Shown in pieces: positions 38,953 to 48,824 of a DNA stretch of 64,000 nt (position 1 is the first letter of the stretch; each line of letters starts with the position of its first letter). The notes beneath the pieces are model-generated. The model saw nothing but the letters and a program-made list of their open reading frames with translations. It was not told where the DNA came from and made no database searches. Both the position numbers and the translations under genes were made by a program. Origin of the DNA: Sulfurospirillaceae bacterium (GTDB lineage Bacteria; Campylobacterota; Campylobacteria; Campylobacterales; Sulfurospirillaceae); the NCBI GenBank assembly GCA_033723415.1, contig JAWVXD010000009.1, forward strand, positions 28,805 to 92,804, read 5' to 3'.

Positions 38953-39720
38953 TTATAAATTTAAAAAACCGGTCAATGGTGAGGAAGCATTGGCGTATTT
39001 GGTTTTATTTGCAATTTTTGCCAAGTATGCCATCCTTCCAGCCTGTACTGCTAGTGAAAAAGCATGTCCTGCTTTTACCGGATCTGCTGCTGTTGCAATC
39101 GCCGTATTTATAAGTACGGCATCTGCTCCCATCTCCATGGCAAGTGCTGCATGTGATGGCATCCCTATGCCTGCATCTACGATGACAGGGACGTTGCTGT
39201 TTTCTATGATAAGTTCTATCAAACTTTTTGTTTCTACTCCTCTGTTGGAGCCGATAGGCGAGCCTAAAGGCATAACCGTACTAGCACCTGCATCTTCTAG
39301 TTTTTTACACGTAACCAAATCAGGAGTGATATAAGGCAATACTACAAAACCGTCATTTGCCAGTATCTTTGTAGCTTTTATAGTCTCTTCGTTGTCCGGC
39401 ATCAGGTATTTGCTGTCATGTATGATTTCGATCTTTATAAAGTTTCCACAGCCGAATTCTCTGGCGATATTTGCTATCCTTACGGCTTCTTCGGCATTTC
39501 TTGCCCCTGATGTATTTGGTAGAAGAGTCATTTCTTTGGGGATAAAATTTAGTATATTGTCTTGTGGATTATCTAAGTTTACTCTTCTTAATGCTATCGT
39601 TATTATCTGAGAGCCGCTGTGTTCTAGCATATTTTTTATGTCATTCTTGTCTCTGAATTTTCCTGTTCCGCTGAGTAATCTACTGGAAAATTCTTTGCCG
39701 CCTATCTTCAATGAATCCAT
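38953..39720 (-). CDS. thiG: Thiazole synthase
   Basis: [42 protein letters not shown]. Confidence 0.97.
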   Translation of the reverse strand: MDSLKIGGKEFSSRLLSGTGKFRDKNDIKNMLEHSGSQIITIALRRVNLDNPQDNILNFIPKEMTLLPNTSGARNAEEAVRIANIAREFGCGNFIKIEIIHDSKYLMPDNEETIKATKILANDGFVVLPYITPDLVTCKKLEDAGASTVMPLGSPIGSNRGVETKSLIELIIENSNVPVIVDAGIGMPSHAALAMEMGADAVLINTAIATAADPVKAGHAFSLAVQAGRMAYLAKIANKTKYANASSPLTGFLNL

Positions 39721-39721
39721 A

Positions 39722-39925
39722 TTATCCACCTCCCATAAATGTTATTATTTCAATATTGTCGCCCTTGTGTAAAGTCGTCTGCGCCCAATTCACTTTTTTT
39801 ATAATTTGCAGATTTAACTCTACAACAATATTATGGTCTTTTAAGTTTAAAGAGTCTATTAAATTTTGTATAGTTGCTGCTTGTGTTTGTATTTTATTGT
39901 TATTTAGCGTGATTTCCAATATCAT
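39722..39925 (-). CDS. thiS: Sulfur carrier protein ThiS
   Basis: 67 aa, VELN, GDNIEI, C-terminal GG. Confidence 0.93.
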   Translation of the reverse strand: MILEITLNNNKIQTQAATIQNLIDSLNLKDHNIVVELNLQIIKKVNWAQTTLHKGDNIEIITFMGGG

Positions 39926-40002
39926 ATCTCCGTAAAAAGTTGTGTAAATATAGAAAATATGCGTTTTTGAAGATATACTTATATAGTTTTAGAGAATAAG
40001 TT

Positions 40003-40090
40003 GTCGCTTTCCTACGCTGGTATTATCCATATTCAGGTTCAAGGGTTAGAGCCTCGGCTCTTCTCAGCAAAAATTGCACCCCTAGCATGT
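40003..40090 (-). promoter_or_regulatory. TPP riboswitch
   Basis: Minus strand CTAGGGGTGC...GCTGAGA...AACCCTTGAACCTGAATATGGATAATACCAGCGTAGGAAAG upstream of thiS. Confidence 0.96.
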
Positions 40091-40183
40091 TCCGATTTCG
40101 TTATTCTTGCATTTTTAGTCTTATATGAACCTTATAAAACTTGTGAGTTATATGGAGCTATTTAAAATACAAGATTTCCAGTT

Positions 40184-41338
40184 TTATTTCTTTTTGTGGG
40201 AGAGCTCTATTTTTAGATTTGATCTCAACTTTTCTTCTCTGACAGATATGTAATGTTTGATCCTCTCAGCTTCATCATGACCCGGTAAGATGTTCAAGAT
40301 AACGTTATCTTCTGTTATATCAAATAAATAAGCTTTTATATCTATAAGAGAGAGAAAATTTTTCTTATTTATAAATTGAAATTGTATATTCAACTCTTTA
40401 TTTAACAGCTCTTTATTTAGATCGGTGTCTCTTTTATAATCAGGAATAGTCATAGAAAGAGAGGTTTCAGATATACTGGTTATATGACCTGCCATGATCT
40501 TCTTTTTTTTAGAAGAGAGGATGGCATGTATCTTTTGTTCCGGGACTATTCTGGCACTGCTGCGCTCAACAGGAGAAGATGGCATGAAAGTCAGATTTCC
40601 AAGTACGGCTATACGCTTGTTTTGATCCACTTTGAGGATATCTGCCTTGATCACGTCAGGGATCAGATCATGTCTGATAAAGGTAAATTTTTCATTTTGG
40701 TAAAAAGGCAGCATGGAGTGCTCTAACCTGACTTGCATAATCCCGCTGCTGAAACCGTTTATATTTACCTCTTCGCTTATCGGAATACCTTTGTAGATAT
40801 TGTTCAATGTTATATTATTTGATCTTTGAAATATGTTTTTGATAGCGTGGATCGGTTCGATAGTGTCATAAAAGTCGAAATCTACTGTTCCGTAGAACAT
40901 ATTGTTAGTGCTTGAAAATTTTGACATTACAAAATATTTGTCGACCCTGTCTATGATCTCTTTGTACGTGTCATTGTAGTCGTTTGTCGTTATACCGATA
41001 CTTTTGATCTCAAAATGAAACAGGTTTTCAACTTGTCTGGCTATCTTTTTCATCATAGTTTTTGCTTCTATGATCTTGATATCCTTCAAAAGCAACAAAA
41101 AAGAATCTTTATCTTGATATAAAACCGGACTGAAATTAGTGTTTAGATGTACAAAAGATATAAAGTCTTTGAACTTGTAAGTATCTTCCAAATCAACAAT
41201 ATGAGAAAATTTAACCAAGGAAAAATGAGTTTTATTTTCTTTGGAAGATTTCAGATGTGTTTCGACTATAGCTCGTATTATATAACTATTTATAATTCCA
41301 TCTTTTTGCATGTTTTGAGATCCACCCTGAGTAAGCAT
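40184..41338 (-). CDS. Hypothetical protein: degenerate GGDEF-like N-domain plus PilZ-like C-domain
   Basis: Long ORF; SIGIT...IIDRVDKY segment; ERSSAR (RxxxR) followed by SISETS. Confidence 0.55.
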   Translation of the reverse strand: MLTQGGSQNMQKDGIINSYIIRAIVETHLKSSKENKTHFSLVKFSHIVDLEDTYKFKDFISFVHLNTNFSPVLYQDKDSFLLLLKDIKIIEAKTMMKKIARQVENLFHFEIKSIGITTNDYNDTYKEIIDRVDKYFVMSKFSSTNNMFYGTVDFDFYDTIEPIHAIKNIFQRSNNITLNNIYKGIPISEEVNINGFSSGIMQVRLEHSMLPFYQNEKFTFIRHDLIPDVIKADILKVDQNKRIAVLGNLTFMPSSPVERSSARIVPEQKIHAILSSKKKKIMAGHITSISETSLSMTIPDYKRDTDLNKELLNKELNIQFQFINKKNFLSLIDIKAYLFDITEDNVILNILPGHDEAERIKHYISVREEKLRSNLKIELSHKKK

Positions 41339-41421
41339 GAAGTTTATAGTCCTCTTTGACTAAGGACTTATTATAACTTACTTGATATAATTATACAATT
41401 AATTATACAAGGAAAGCGTAG

Positions 41422-43275
41422 ATGTCTGAAAAATTTAGAGAAGATTTGTCAAGGTTTTATGATTTAGTCAGTTTAAATCAAAAGAACATAGGAACACTAT
41501 ACAAATTTATAGAAGATAAAAATTATGAAAACGATGAAGTCAAGATATATTTACATGAATTTCTAGACGAGTGTGAACTGCCTCATACAAAAGAGAATAA
41601 ACTGGCACTTTTAAGTCGTTTGATAAATCTAAGAGACGAGCAGTTGCATCAGGTTTTGATAAAAGAAGGAAACAGCAAAGAAGAGATAGCCCTGAAAAGA
41701 GCGCTGTCTTATCTTTGGACAAAAAATTTCCATATAAAAGCACACGAGGAACTGTTGGAAAAAATAGAAGGAGAAAACCTTCTAAACCCTTTTTATAGGG
41801 AGCTTTTAAGAGGCTTTCATGAGATTGGAAAAGTGCTTAGCTTTTGGCAGTTTGATTGGAATGAACACATCATCAATCAAATAAATCCTGAACTTGAATC
41901 AAAATTTGCAGACAACGTTATGGAATTTTTGAGTGAGAATGATCTGTTGGAAAGAGACGAAAAAGGGGAGATCGCAGATAGAGCGTATTCTGTATTGAAA
42001 AAGAACGATGAGGGATATGAAGTACTTACTTATGCTCAATTTTTCGATGAAGATGTTACAGAAGTTGTGGAAAAGCTTTCTTCGTTGATAGAGCGACTGG
42101 AAGATATGACAGATGAAGATACAAATCAACACAAGCAATATATCGTTTATCTTGAAGCTTTAAAAACAGCATTCGGTGAGATGGATAGATCAATGCTTTT
42201 AAAAAGATGGAAAGATGTAGACAGAGCTTGGATGAAGATCACTTCTCCTATACAATTAGGACATCCTTTGGAATATTATGAAGATCATTTTAGAAAAGCA
42301 GTAGCATTAGAGTGGGATGTCAGGATATCAAATCCAAAAAGCTTGGACTCAAATAAGATCTTTAATTCTATCTCATCTATGTATAAAAAACTTTTTGAGA
42401 AGATAGGAAAAGATAAAGCAGAGATTTTAAAGAGAACACAAGAAAACCTAAGCAGAGTTCAACTCTACATCGGTCGTCCGGCTTTTTATTATGCGTCTGA
42501 ATTCAACGGTCTTTTCTCTGCCCAGGTTGTTCCAAATGATGAAGAAGTCAGCAAGGAAGAGGGCAAGAAAATATTTGCATTTTCCGACAATGTCCTGGAT
42601 GCGCAAAGGGCAAAACCGTTTTTGAAAATAAACAAAATCGTATTTGGAGATGAATTCCTAAACAAAGAGAGAGAATTCGTTTTCAAAAAACCAGATATCT
42701 GGCATAAAGTATATGAGATAAGTACTATAGGTCATGAATACGGACATATACTCTGGCTTGACAAGGATAGTGAGACTATCATGAACAAAAGCGGAGTCTT
42801 TAAAAATATAGAAGAGTTCAAAGCGACAACAGGCGGATTGGCTGCATTTTTCATGAATGAAGACACAGATGTCAGTGAGTATGTGTTTATGGAACTTATA
42901 AAAAGATCAGTTGGTTTGATAGCTTGGAAACAAAGCAGTGAAGTAGAACCATACTACTGCGAAGGACTTATACATCTAAAAGCTCTTTTTGATAGCGGAG
43001 TTTTGGCATTTGATGAAAAACTTCATATAGATATGAGTAAAGACAAATATGAACTTCTTAAAAAATGGTATCTTGAAAATTATGAAAAATTGGCAAAGCA
43101 TTATCTAAATAAGTTAGACGCAAAAGAATTTTTAAATAATTTTGCGACAAAAGTGGATGGCTATTATATGCCGCTTGACAAAAAAGTATGGGATTTTGTA
43201 GAGTATTACTGGGAGTTACATAAAAATATCGGAAGAGTTGTAGATGAAACGTCACAAAAAAGTGACTGGATATAA
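41422..43275 (+). CDS. ciaB: CiaB-family protein
   Basis: GHPLEYYEDHFRKAVALEWD, GLFSAQVVPNDE, GHEYGH, IEEFKATTGG, PYYCEG. Confidence 0.9.
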   Translation: MSEKFREDLSRFYDLVSLNQKNIGTLYKFIEDKNYENDEVKIYLHEFLDECELPHTKENKLALLSRLINLRDEQLHQVLIKEGNSKEEIALKRALSYLWTKNFHIKAHEELLEKIEGENLLNPFYRELLRGFHEIGKVLSFWQFDWNEHIINQINPELESKFADNVMEFLSENDLLERDEKGEIADRAYSVLKKNDEGYEVLTYAQFFDEDVTEVVEKLSSLIERLEDMTDEDTNQHKQYIVYLEALKTAFGEMDRSMLLKRWKDVDRAWMKITSPIQLGHPLEYYEDHFRKAVALEWDVRISNPKSLDSNKIFNSISSMYKKLFEKIGKDKAEILKRTQENLSRVQLYIGRPAFYYASEFNGLFSAQVVPNDEEVSKEEGKKIFAFSDNVLDAQRAKPFLKINKIVFGDEFLNKEREFVFKKPDIWHKVYEISTIGHEYGHILWLDKDSETIMNKSGVFKNIEEFKATTGGLAAFFMNEDTDVSEYVFMELIKRSVGLIAWKQSSEVEPYYCEGLIHLKALFDSGVLAFDEKLHIDMSKDKYELLKKWYLENYEKLAKHYLNKLDAKEFLNNFATKVDGYYMPLDKKVWDFVEYYWELHKNIGRVVDETSQKSDWI

Positions 43276-43371
43276 ATTTAAGATTAAAAAAGATTTTTAT
43301 AACCTGAATGAAACGAACTATAAGAAAAAAGATAGTATTATTCGGTAAAATCCATTCTTAAGAAATTTTTT

Positions 43372-44766
43372 GTGAAAAAACATGTCGTCGAACAAACAGT
43401 AATATTTTTCAGTGTAACCAAATGGTTACTTCTATCTTCAGTTGTAGGTGTAATCATCGGTGCACTTATGTCAGGTTTTTTGTGGATATTGGAGTACTCT
43501 GTCAATAGTAGAGGTGTTCTTCCCTTTCACTATTATTTTATACTTCCTCTTGCCTTGCCTATTACAGTCTTTGTTATAAGAACATTTGCACCAAATGCAC
43601 AAGGGCACGGCACTGAGAAAGTCATCGAAGCAGTCCATAAAAGAAGTGGAAAAATACAGGTAGCAGTTATACCGGTAAAACTCCTGACAACAATTTTTAC
43701 TATCTTTGCAGGAGGTTCAGTAGGTAAAGAGGGACCTGGTGCACAAATAGGCGCTGGAGCATCTTCAGTTATCGCTTCACTTTTAAAATTTAGCAAGGCG
43801 GATCGTAAAAAACTAGTAATCTGCGGTATTAGTGCGGGTTTTGCCTCTGTTTTCGGCACTCCGATTGCAGGAGCAATTTTTGGAATCGAAGTATTGACGA
43901 TCGGCGTCATTATGTACGATGTCCTTTTGCCGTCGTTTATTGCGGGATTTGCAGCATTTACTACAGCTCAATTTTTAGGTACTGATTATACATATTTTGA
44001 TATTCACTTTTATAAATCCGTTGGTTTAAATCTAGGTCTGATAGTCGAGGTTGTTATAGCCGGAATATTTTTTGGATTGGTGGCTGATTTTTTTATTACA
44101 GTGGTTAATGAAGTTGAAGGAGTTATGAAAAAAATCGATGTCAATGTCTATATAAAAGCTTTTGGCGTAGGAGTATTAATGATTATTGCCACTTTGATAG
44201 TCGGCGATAAATATCTTGGCCTTGGACTGAATGTAATCGGAAATGCATTGGATCCTGAGGGCTTTTTATCTCAAAATATTCATTGGTATGACTTTATACT
44301 CAAAACTGTCTTTACAGCATTTTCATTTGGCGGAGGAGCAAGCGGAGGTATTGTTACTCCTATATTTTATGTGGGCGCTACAAGCGGTGTTCTATTCGGA
44401 CATTTGATGCACAATCAAGTAGCTCTTTTCGCAGCTCTTGGTTTTGTGAGTGTTCTTGCCGGTACTACTAATGCTCCCATAGCTTCTGTTATTATGGCGG
44501 TGGAACTTTTTGGTATTGAGATAGCTCATTATGCTGCGATTTCAGCTGTTGTTGCCTTTTTGGTCGCGGGACACAGAAGTGTCTATCCTTCTCAAAAAAT
44601 TGCCATGAGTAAATCAGGCAATATACAAGTAGAAGAAGGTGATGATATTGAGCATTCAAACATCAGTATACACACCGAAGACATAGAAAAATTTAGGCAT
44701 ATCGGTTCACAACTTAAGTATAAACGACTAAAATGGCAGGCAAAAAACTTTCACAATAAGAAGTAA
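43372..44766 (+). CDS. CLC-family chloride/anion channel or transporter
   Basis: GHGTE, GGSVGKEGP, FGTPIAGA, GGIVTP; many TMs. Confidence 0.9.
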   Translation: MKKHVVEQTVIFFSVTKWLLLSSVVGVIIGALMSGFLWILEYSVNSRGVLPFHYYFILPLALPITVFVIRTFAPNAQGHGTEKVIEAVHKRSGKIQVAVIPVKLLTTIFTIFAGGSVGKEGPGAQIGAGASSVIASLLKFSKADRKKLVICGISAGFASVFGTPIAGAIFGIEVLTIGVIMYDVLLPSFIAGFAAFTTAQFLGTDYTYFDIHFYKSVGLNLGLIVEVVIAGIFFGLVADFFITVVNEVEGVMKKIDVNVYIKAFGVGVLMIIATLIVGDKYLGLGLNVIGNALDPEGFLSQNIHWYDFILKTVFTAFSFGGGASGGIVTPIFYVGATSGVLFGHLMHNQVALFAALGFVSVLAGTTNAPIASVIMAVELFGIEIAHYAAISAVVAFLVAGHRSVYPSQKIAMSKSGNIQVEEGDDIEHSNISIHTEDIEKFRHIGSQLKYKRLKWQAKNFHNKK

Positions 44767-44773
44767 AATTATC

Positions 44774-45379
44774 TTATAACGTGCGAAAGAAGCTATAAGC
44801 TACAAAGAACATGATAAATGCACTGATTGCATCTAGCAACTTCCAGGTAAATGGCTTTTTAAACAAAGGTATCAATATCCTGCTCCCATAGCCTAAAGCA
44901 TAAAACCACGTAAAAGAAGCGCTGATAGCTCCTAGGATAAAAAGATTTTGATGAACGCCTTTGTAGTGTCCCCCGATTGAGCCTATCAACAAAAGAGTAT
45001 CTAAATAAACATGCGGATTAAGCAAGGATAATGAAAGAGTTGTCAGTATGGTCGATAACTTTGTATTTGTTTGGATAGCCTGACTCATGTGGATCGTTTG
45101 ATCTTTAAATATGGATCGGATAGATAAAAGTCCGTAGATAACAAGAAAAACAATCCCAAAATATGTTATATAGTCGACAAAAGACGGAAATTTCTTCAAA
45201 AATGTTCCTATCCCTTTGACTCCCGCAGTGATCAGTAAGGCATCTATGGCAAAACAGATGGATGCTATCATAAATACAGAGTCTTTTAAAAGCCCTTTTT
45301 TAAGTAAATATACATTTTGTGCGCCTATAGCGACGATCAATCCAATACTTATCAAAAAGCCCTGTATCAAAGAAACCAT
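44774..45379 (-). CDS. LysE/ArgO-family amino acid exporter
   Basis: LIVAIGAQN, LNPHVYLDT, ASFTWF. Confidence 0.92.
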   Translation of the reverse strand: MVSLIQGFLISIGLIVAIGAQNVYLLKKGLLKDSVFMIASICFAIDALLITAGVKGIGTFLKKFPSFVDYITYFGIVFLVIYGLLSIRSIFKDQTIHMSQAIQTNTKLSTILTTLSLSLLNPHVYLDTLLLIGSIGGHYKGVHQNLFILGAISASFTWFYALGYGSRILIPLFKKPFTWKLLDAISAFIMFFVAYSFFRTL

Positions 45380-45428
45380 ATAAAAATCCTAGTTAAAATT
45401 GCCGTATTTGAGTAAAAATATTGAAGAG

Positions 45429-45504
45429 TGGTGGCTTGAGACGGAATTGAACCGCCGACACGGTGATTTTCAGTCACCTGCTCTACCGACTGAGCTATCA
45501 AGCC
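45429..45504 (-). tRNA. tRNA-Phe (GAA)
   Basis: GGCTTGATAGCTCAGTCGGTAGAGCAGGTGACTGAAAATCACCGTGTCGGCGGTTCAATTCCGTCTCAAGCCACCA; cloverleaf, encoded CCA. Confidence 0.98.
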
Positions 45505-45638
45505 ACTCATTTTGAGACTGAAATTATAGCCGAATAACTTTAATATTGGCTTATCTTGAGATATATATACTCATATATAGTTTATTTAAGAAAAATTCAA
45601 TATGATTAGAGAAAATAATTTATAATAGAGGCATTAAG

Positions 45639-46412
45639 ATGAATGAAATAAAGTTTGTATCATGGAATGTAAACGGTATACGAGCAGTAGATAAAAAACA
45701 AGCGCTAAGATGGGTAGATGAAGACAATATAAATTTTTTGGCTTTGCAAGAGATCAAAGCGGAAATGGAGCAGATGCCAAGCAGTGTCTTTGACAAAAAA
45801 TTCAAAGAATTACACGTAAATTCATCTTCAAACAAGGGACAATCAGGGGTAGCGCTTTTCAGCGATATAGAATCAACATATGTAGATGTCGCGAAGAATG
45901 TTGATATTTTGGATGAAGGACGCATCAATGAATTTCATTTTGGAGATATAGCTTTCTTCAATGTTTATTTCCCTAACGGACAACGAAACGATGAAAGATT
46001 GGTCTATAAGATGGAATTTTACGATAGATTTTTGGCTCACACTGAGACTCTGAAAAAGGAAGGTAAATCCATCATAATCTGCGGAGATGTAAATACGGCT
46101 CACAAAGAGATAGATATAGCACGTCCAAAAGCCAATGAAAATACATCTGGATTTTTAAAGATGGAGAGAGATTGGATAGATAAGTTTCTCTCTCATGGAT
46201 ATATAGATACTTTTCGTCATGTAAATGGAGATATACAAGATAAGTACTCTTGGTGGTCATATAGAGCAGGAGCACGAACCAACAATGTAGGTTGGAGGAT
46301 AGATTATTTTTATGTGTCAGAAGATCTAAAAGATAATATTGTTGATGCAAAGATACATGATGAAATCCTTGGTAGTGACCATTGTCCTATCAGCCTTACT
46401 ATAAAGGTATAA
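45639..46412 (+). CDS. xth: Exodeoxyribonuclease III / AP endonuclease
   Basis: SWNVNGIRA, LQEIK, YFPNG, GDVNTAH, GWRIDY, GSDHCP. Confidence 0.95.
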   Translation: MNEIKFVSWNVNGIRAVDKKQALRWVDEDNINFLALQEIKAEMEQMPSSVFDKKFKELHVNSSSNKGQSGVALFSDIESTYVDVAKNVDILDEGRINEFHFGDIAFFNVYFPNGQRNDERLVYKMEFYDRFLAHTETLKKEGKSIIICGDVNTAHKEIDIARPKANENTSGFLKMERDWIDKFLSHGYIDTFRHVNGDIQDKYSWWSYRAGARTNNVGWRIDYFYVSEDLKDNIVDAKIHDEILGSDHCPISLTIKV

Positions 46413-46471
46413 AAAATTTTACCATTTAAACAAAGTTTTATCTTATAAGTTATATAATTTTTTAAAATAAA

Positions 46472-46555
46472 TGCTGTATAAGTCTGAGTTTCAGACAAAC
46501 ATGAAAAAGCATACTTCAAACACTTCGCTTTTCCTAACATGTATATTTTTCAGCA
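46472..46555 (+). promoter_or_regulatory. Structured 5' leader candidate
   Basis: TATAAT at 46453; nested stems TGCTG/CAGCA, GTCTGA/TCAGAC, ACATG/CATGT, AAAAGC/GCTTTT. Confidence 0.35.
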
Positions 46556-46578
46556 AATTTCTACCAAAGGATAAAACT

Positions 46579-47898
46579 ATGGGATTAGAGGCGCACAGAG
46601 AGTTACTCTCAGGTATAGGTTTAGATGTCGATAGACATGCAAAGATGATGGCTGCAGGGTTGGAAGGCTATAAACAACAGTTTTTATCACAACCGAATAG
46701 ACCTGAGGGAATGAAGTATTTTGATTGGTTTATGAGCGAGATACAAGGTGAAAGAATCGCTGAGATAAATAGACTAAGAGCAAATAAAAAACCTGCAGTA
46801 GGTACTTTTTGTATCTTTGTACCGGAAGAGATCATAGTCGGAGCCGGGGGAGCTTGTTATGGACTTTGCGGCGGAAGTAATGCAACCATAGCCGATGCAG
46901 AAACAGAACTTCCTAGAAACATTTGTCCGCTTATCAAATCAGCTCACGGTTTCAAATTGCAAAGAACTTGCGGATATACTCAATCTTCTGATTTTATATA
47001 TGGAGAAACTACTTGTGAAGCCAAGAAAAAAAGCTGGGAGATATTAGATAAGCATCATCCTGTTCATGTCATGAACATTCCTCATATGAAAAGAGAAAAA
47101 GATCTACAGATGTGGAAAGAAGAGATTCAAGATTTTAAATCCCACATAGAAGATGTTACCGGAGAGAAGCTTAGTTTGGAAGAGATGAAAGAGGGCACAC
47201 GCATCGTGAATGAAAAGAGAAAAGCACTACAAAGGCTAGATTCGCTAAGAGGAATGCATCCCGATGTCGTACCAATAAGTGGGAAAGATGGCCTTTTTGT
47301 GACTCAAGTCGGCTTTATGGATGATCCTGTGAGATATACGCAAAAAGTAAATGAATTGTGCGATGAATTGGAAAAAAGAGTTGAAAAGAAAGTTAGTGTT
47401 TTTGAAAAAGATACGCCAAGACTGATGGTACTTGGAACTCCATTTGCTCCGCCAAATTGGAAGCTACACGGTGCAGTTGAGACGACAGGCGGCGCTATAA
47501 TTAATGAAGAATCATGCATAGGTCACAGATACTACAAGGATAATGTTGACTTGGATGACGTTACAAACGAAGATGAAATGCTGCAAAAGCTTCTGGACAG
47601 ATATGCCAAGGTTGACTGTGCTTGTTTCACTCCTAACACTCCAAGGATAGATAAAATTCTTCAGATGTATAAAGATAGAAAGGCAGATGGAGTCATTTAC
47701 TATACTTTATCGTTTTGCCATACTTACAATGTTGAAGCACATCTAGTTATGGAAGCTTTAGAAAAAGAAGGTATTCCTTGTTTGTTGATAGAGTCTGATT
47801 ATTCTCCGGAAGATGTGGGTCAGATCAAAACACGTGTTGAAGCATTTTTAGAGAGTTTAACATTTAAGAAAAAAGCAAAAGCTTTTAAAGGTATCTGA
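46579..47898 (+). CDS. Double-cubane-cluster-type anaerobic reductase (2-hydroxyacyl-CoA dehydratase/HgdD fold)
   Basis: GTFCIFVPEE, LPRNICPLIKS, GETTCEAKKK, EESCIGHRY, CACFTPN, FCHTY, IESDYS, TRVEAFLE; ATG 46579 after AAGGA. Confidence 0.82.
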   Translation: MGLEAHRELLSGIGLDVDRHAKMMAAGLEGYKQQFLSQPNRPEGMKYFDWFMSEIQGERIAEINRLRANKKPAVGTFCIFVPEEIIVGAGGACYGLCGGSNATIADAETELPRNICPLIKSAHGFKLQRTCGYTQSSDFIYGETTCEAKKKSWEILDKHHPVHVMNIPHMKREKDLQMWKEEIQDFKSHIEDVTGEKLSLEEMKEGTRIVNEKRKALQRLDSLRGMHPDVVPISGKDGLFVTQVGFMDDPVRYTQKVNELCDELEKRVEKKVSVFEKDTPRLMVLGTPFAPPNWKLHGAVETTGGAIINEESCIGHRYYKDNVDLDDVTNEDEMLQKLLDRYAKVDCACFTPNTPRIDKILQMYKDRKADGVIYYTLSFCHTYNVEAHLVMEALEKEGIPCLLIESDYSPEDVGQIKTRVEAFLESLTFKKKAKAFKGI

Positions 47899-47902
47899 AA
47901 AA

Positions 47903-48652
47903 ATGTATTGGGGCGTTGATGTAGGTTCGACTTATACTAAAATAACAGGTTTAAGTGAAAATAAAGAATTGATTGATTTCGCGGTTATACCTACTATTAT
48001 AGATCAAGATGAAATAGTTAAAAAATATCTAAAAAACAAACCGGTAGAGATGCTTGTCTCTACCGGATACGGCAGGCATATGGTAGCGGATTCTTTGTCA
48101 TGTCCTGTTATAAGCGAAATCAAAGCTCATGCAAGAGGAGCATATTTTGCACATCAAGAAGCTCAAATCGTGATAGATCTTGGAGGACAAGACAGTAAGG
48201 TTATCAAGCTAGATAAGAGCGGTGGTTTCGTAGATTTTAGAATGAATGACAAATGTGCCGCCGGTACCGGAAAGTTTTTAGAAATAGCAGCAAACAGGAT
48301 GGGACTTGATCTGGAATCATTTTCAAATCAAGGATTCAATGCGGATAAAGAATTGACAATCTCCAGTATGTGTGCCGTATTTGCTGAATCTGAGGTGATC
48401 TCCCTAATCGCAAAAAAAGAAAGTGTTGCAAATATATGTTATGGTGTACACGAGTCGATAGCTTCAAGATTAGCTTCAATGGCACGAAAATTTGCAAGTA
48501 ACAGTGAATATATAATATTTACAGGAGGTGGTGCGCTCAATCCATTTTTAAAACATTTGTTATCCAAAAAACTTGAAAAAACCATAATCGTTCCGGCTAA
48601 ACCACAACTCATGGGATCACTCGGTGCTGCATTGGCCGGTTTGGATATATAG
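47903..48652 (+). CDS. ATP-dependent [4Fe-4S] activator (HgdC/BadF/BcrA-type, DCCP-R-like)
   Basis: GVDVGSTYTK, TGYGR, DLGGQDSK, MNDKCAAGTG, SMCAVFAESE. Confidence 0.92.
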   Translation: MYWGVDVGSTYTKITGLSENKELIDFAVIPTIIDQDEIVKKYLKNKPVEMLVSTGYGRHMVADSLSCPVISEIKAHARGAYFAHQEAQIVIDLGGQDSKVIKLDKSGGFVDFRMNDKCAAGTGKFLEIAANRMGLDLESFSNQGFNADKELTISSMCAVFAESEVISLIAKKESVANICYGVHESIASRLASMARKFASNSEYIIFTGGGALNPFLKHLLSKKLEKTIIVPAKPQLMGSLGAALAGLDI

Positions 48653-48824
48653 ATATTAACACACTTTACAACACTATTTTAATAGATTTTGATAAAGAGT
48701 CGATATTAACTATATCATAAGGTTATCAGTTTTTATTATTTTAATTTTTTTTTAATTATTGTATAATCACGGTTTGATGATATTTCCTTGACAAAATAAA
48801 TAAAATATAGTGGGTTAGTTCTTT

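Noticed and set aside
43276..43371. Fluoride riboswitch upstream of the CLC gene
   Set aside because: No GGCGATGG-type consensus; the region is plain AT-rich sequence.
45429..45504. tRNA-Phe as an integration site
   Set aside because: No integrase and no duplicated tRNA 3' end seen; the flanks are ordinary genes.
46471..46578. N-terminal extensions given by the ORF track (also LOG, YqiA, murD, gpmI, yidD-like)
   Set aside because: Downstream ATGs fit family N-termini, RBS placement or gene overlaps better; the extensions run through promoter or repeat DNA.
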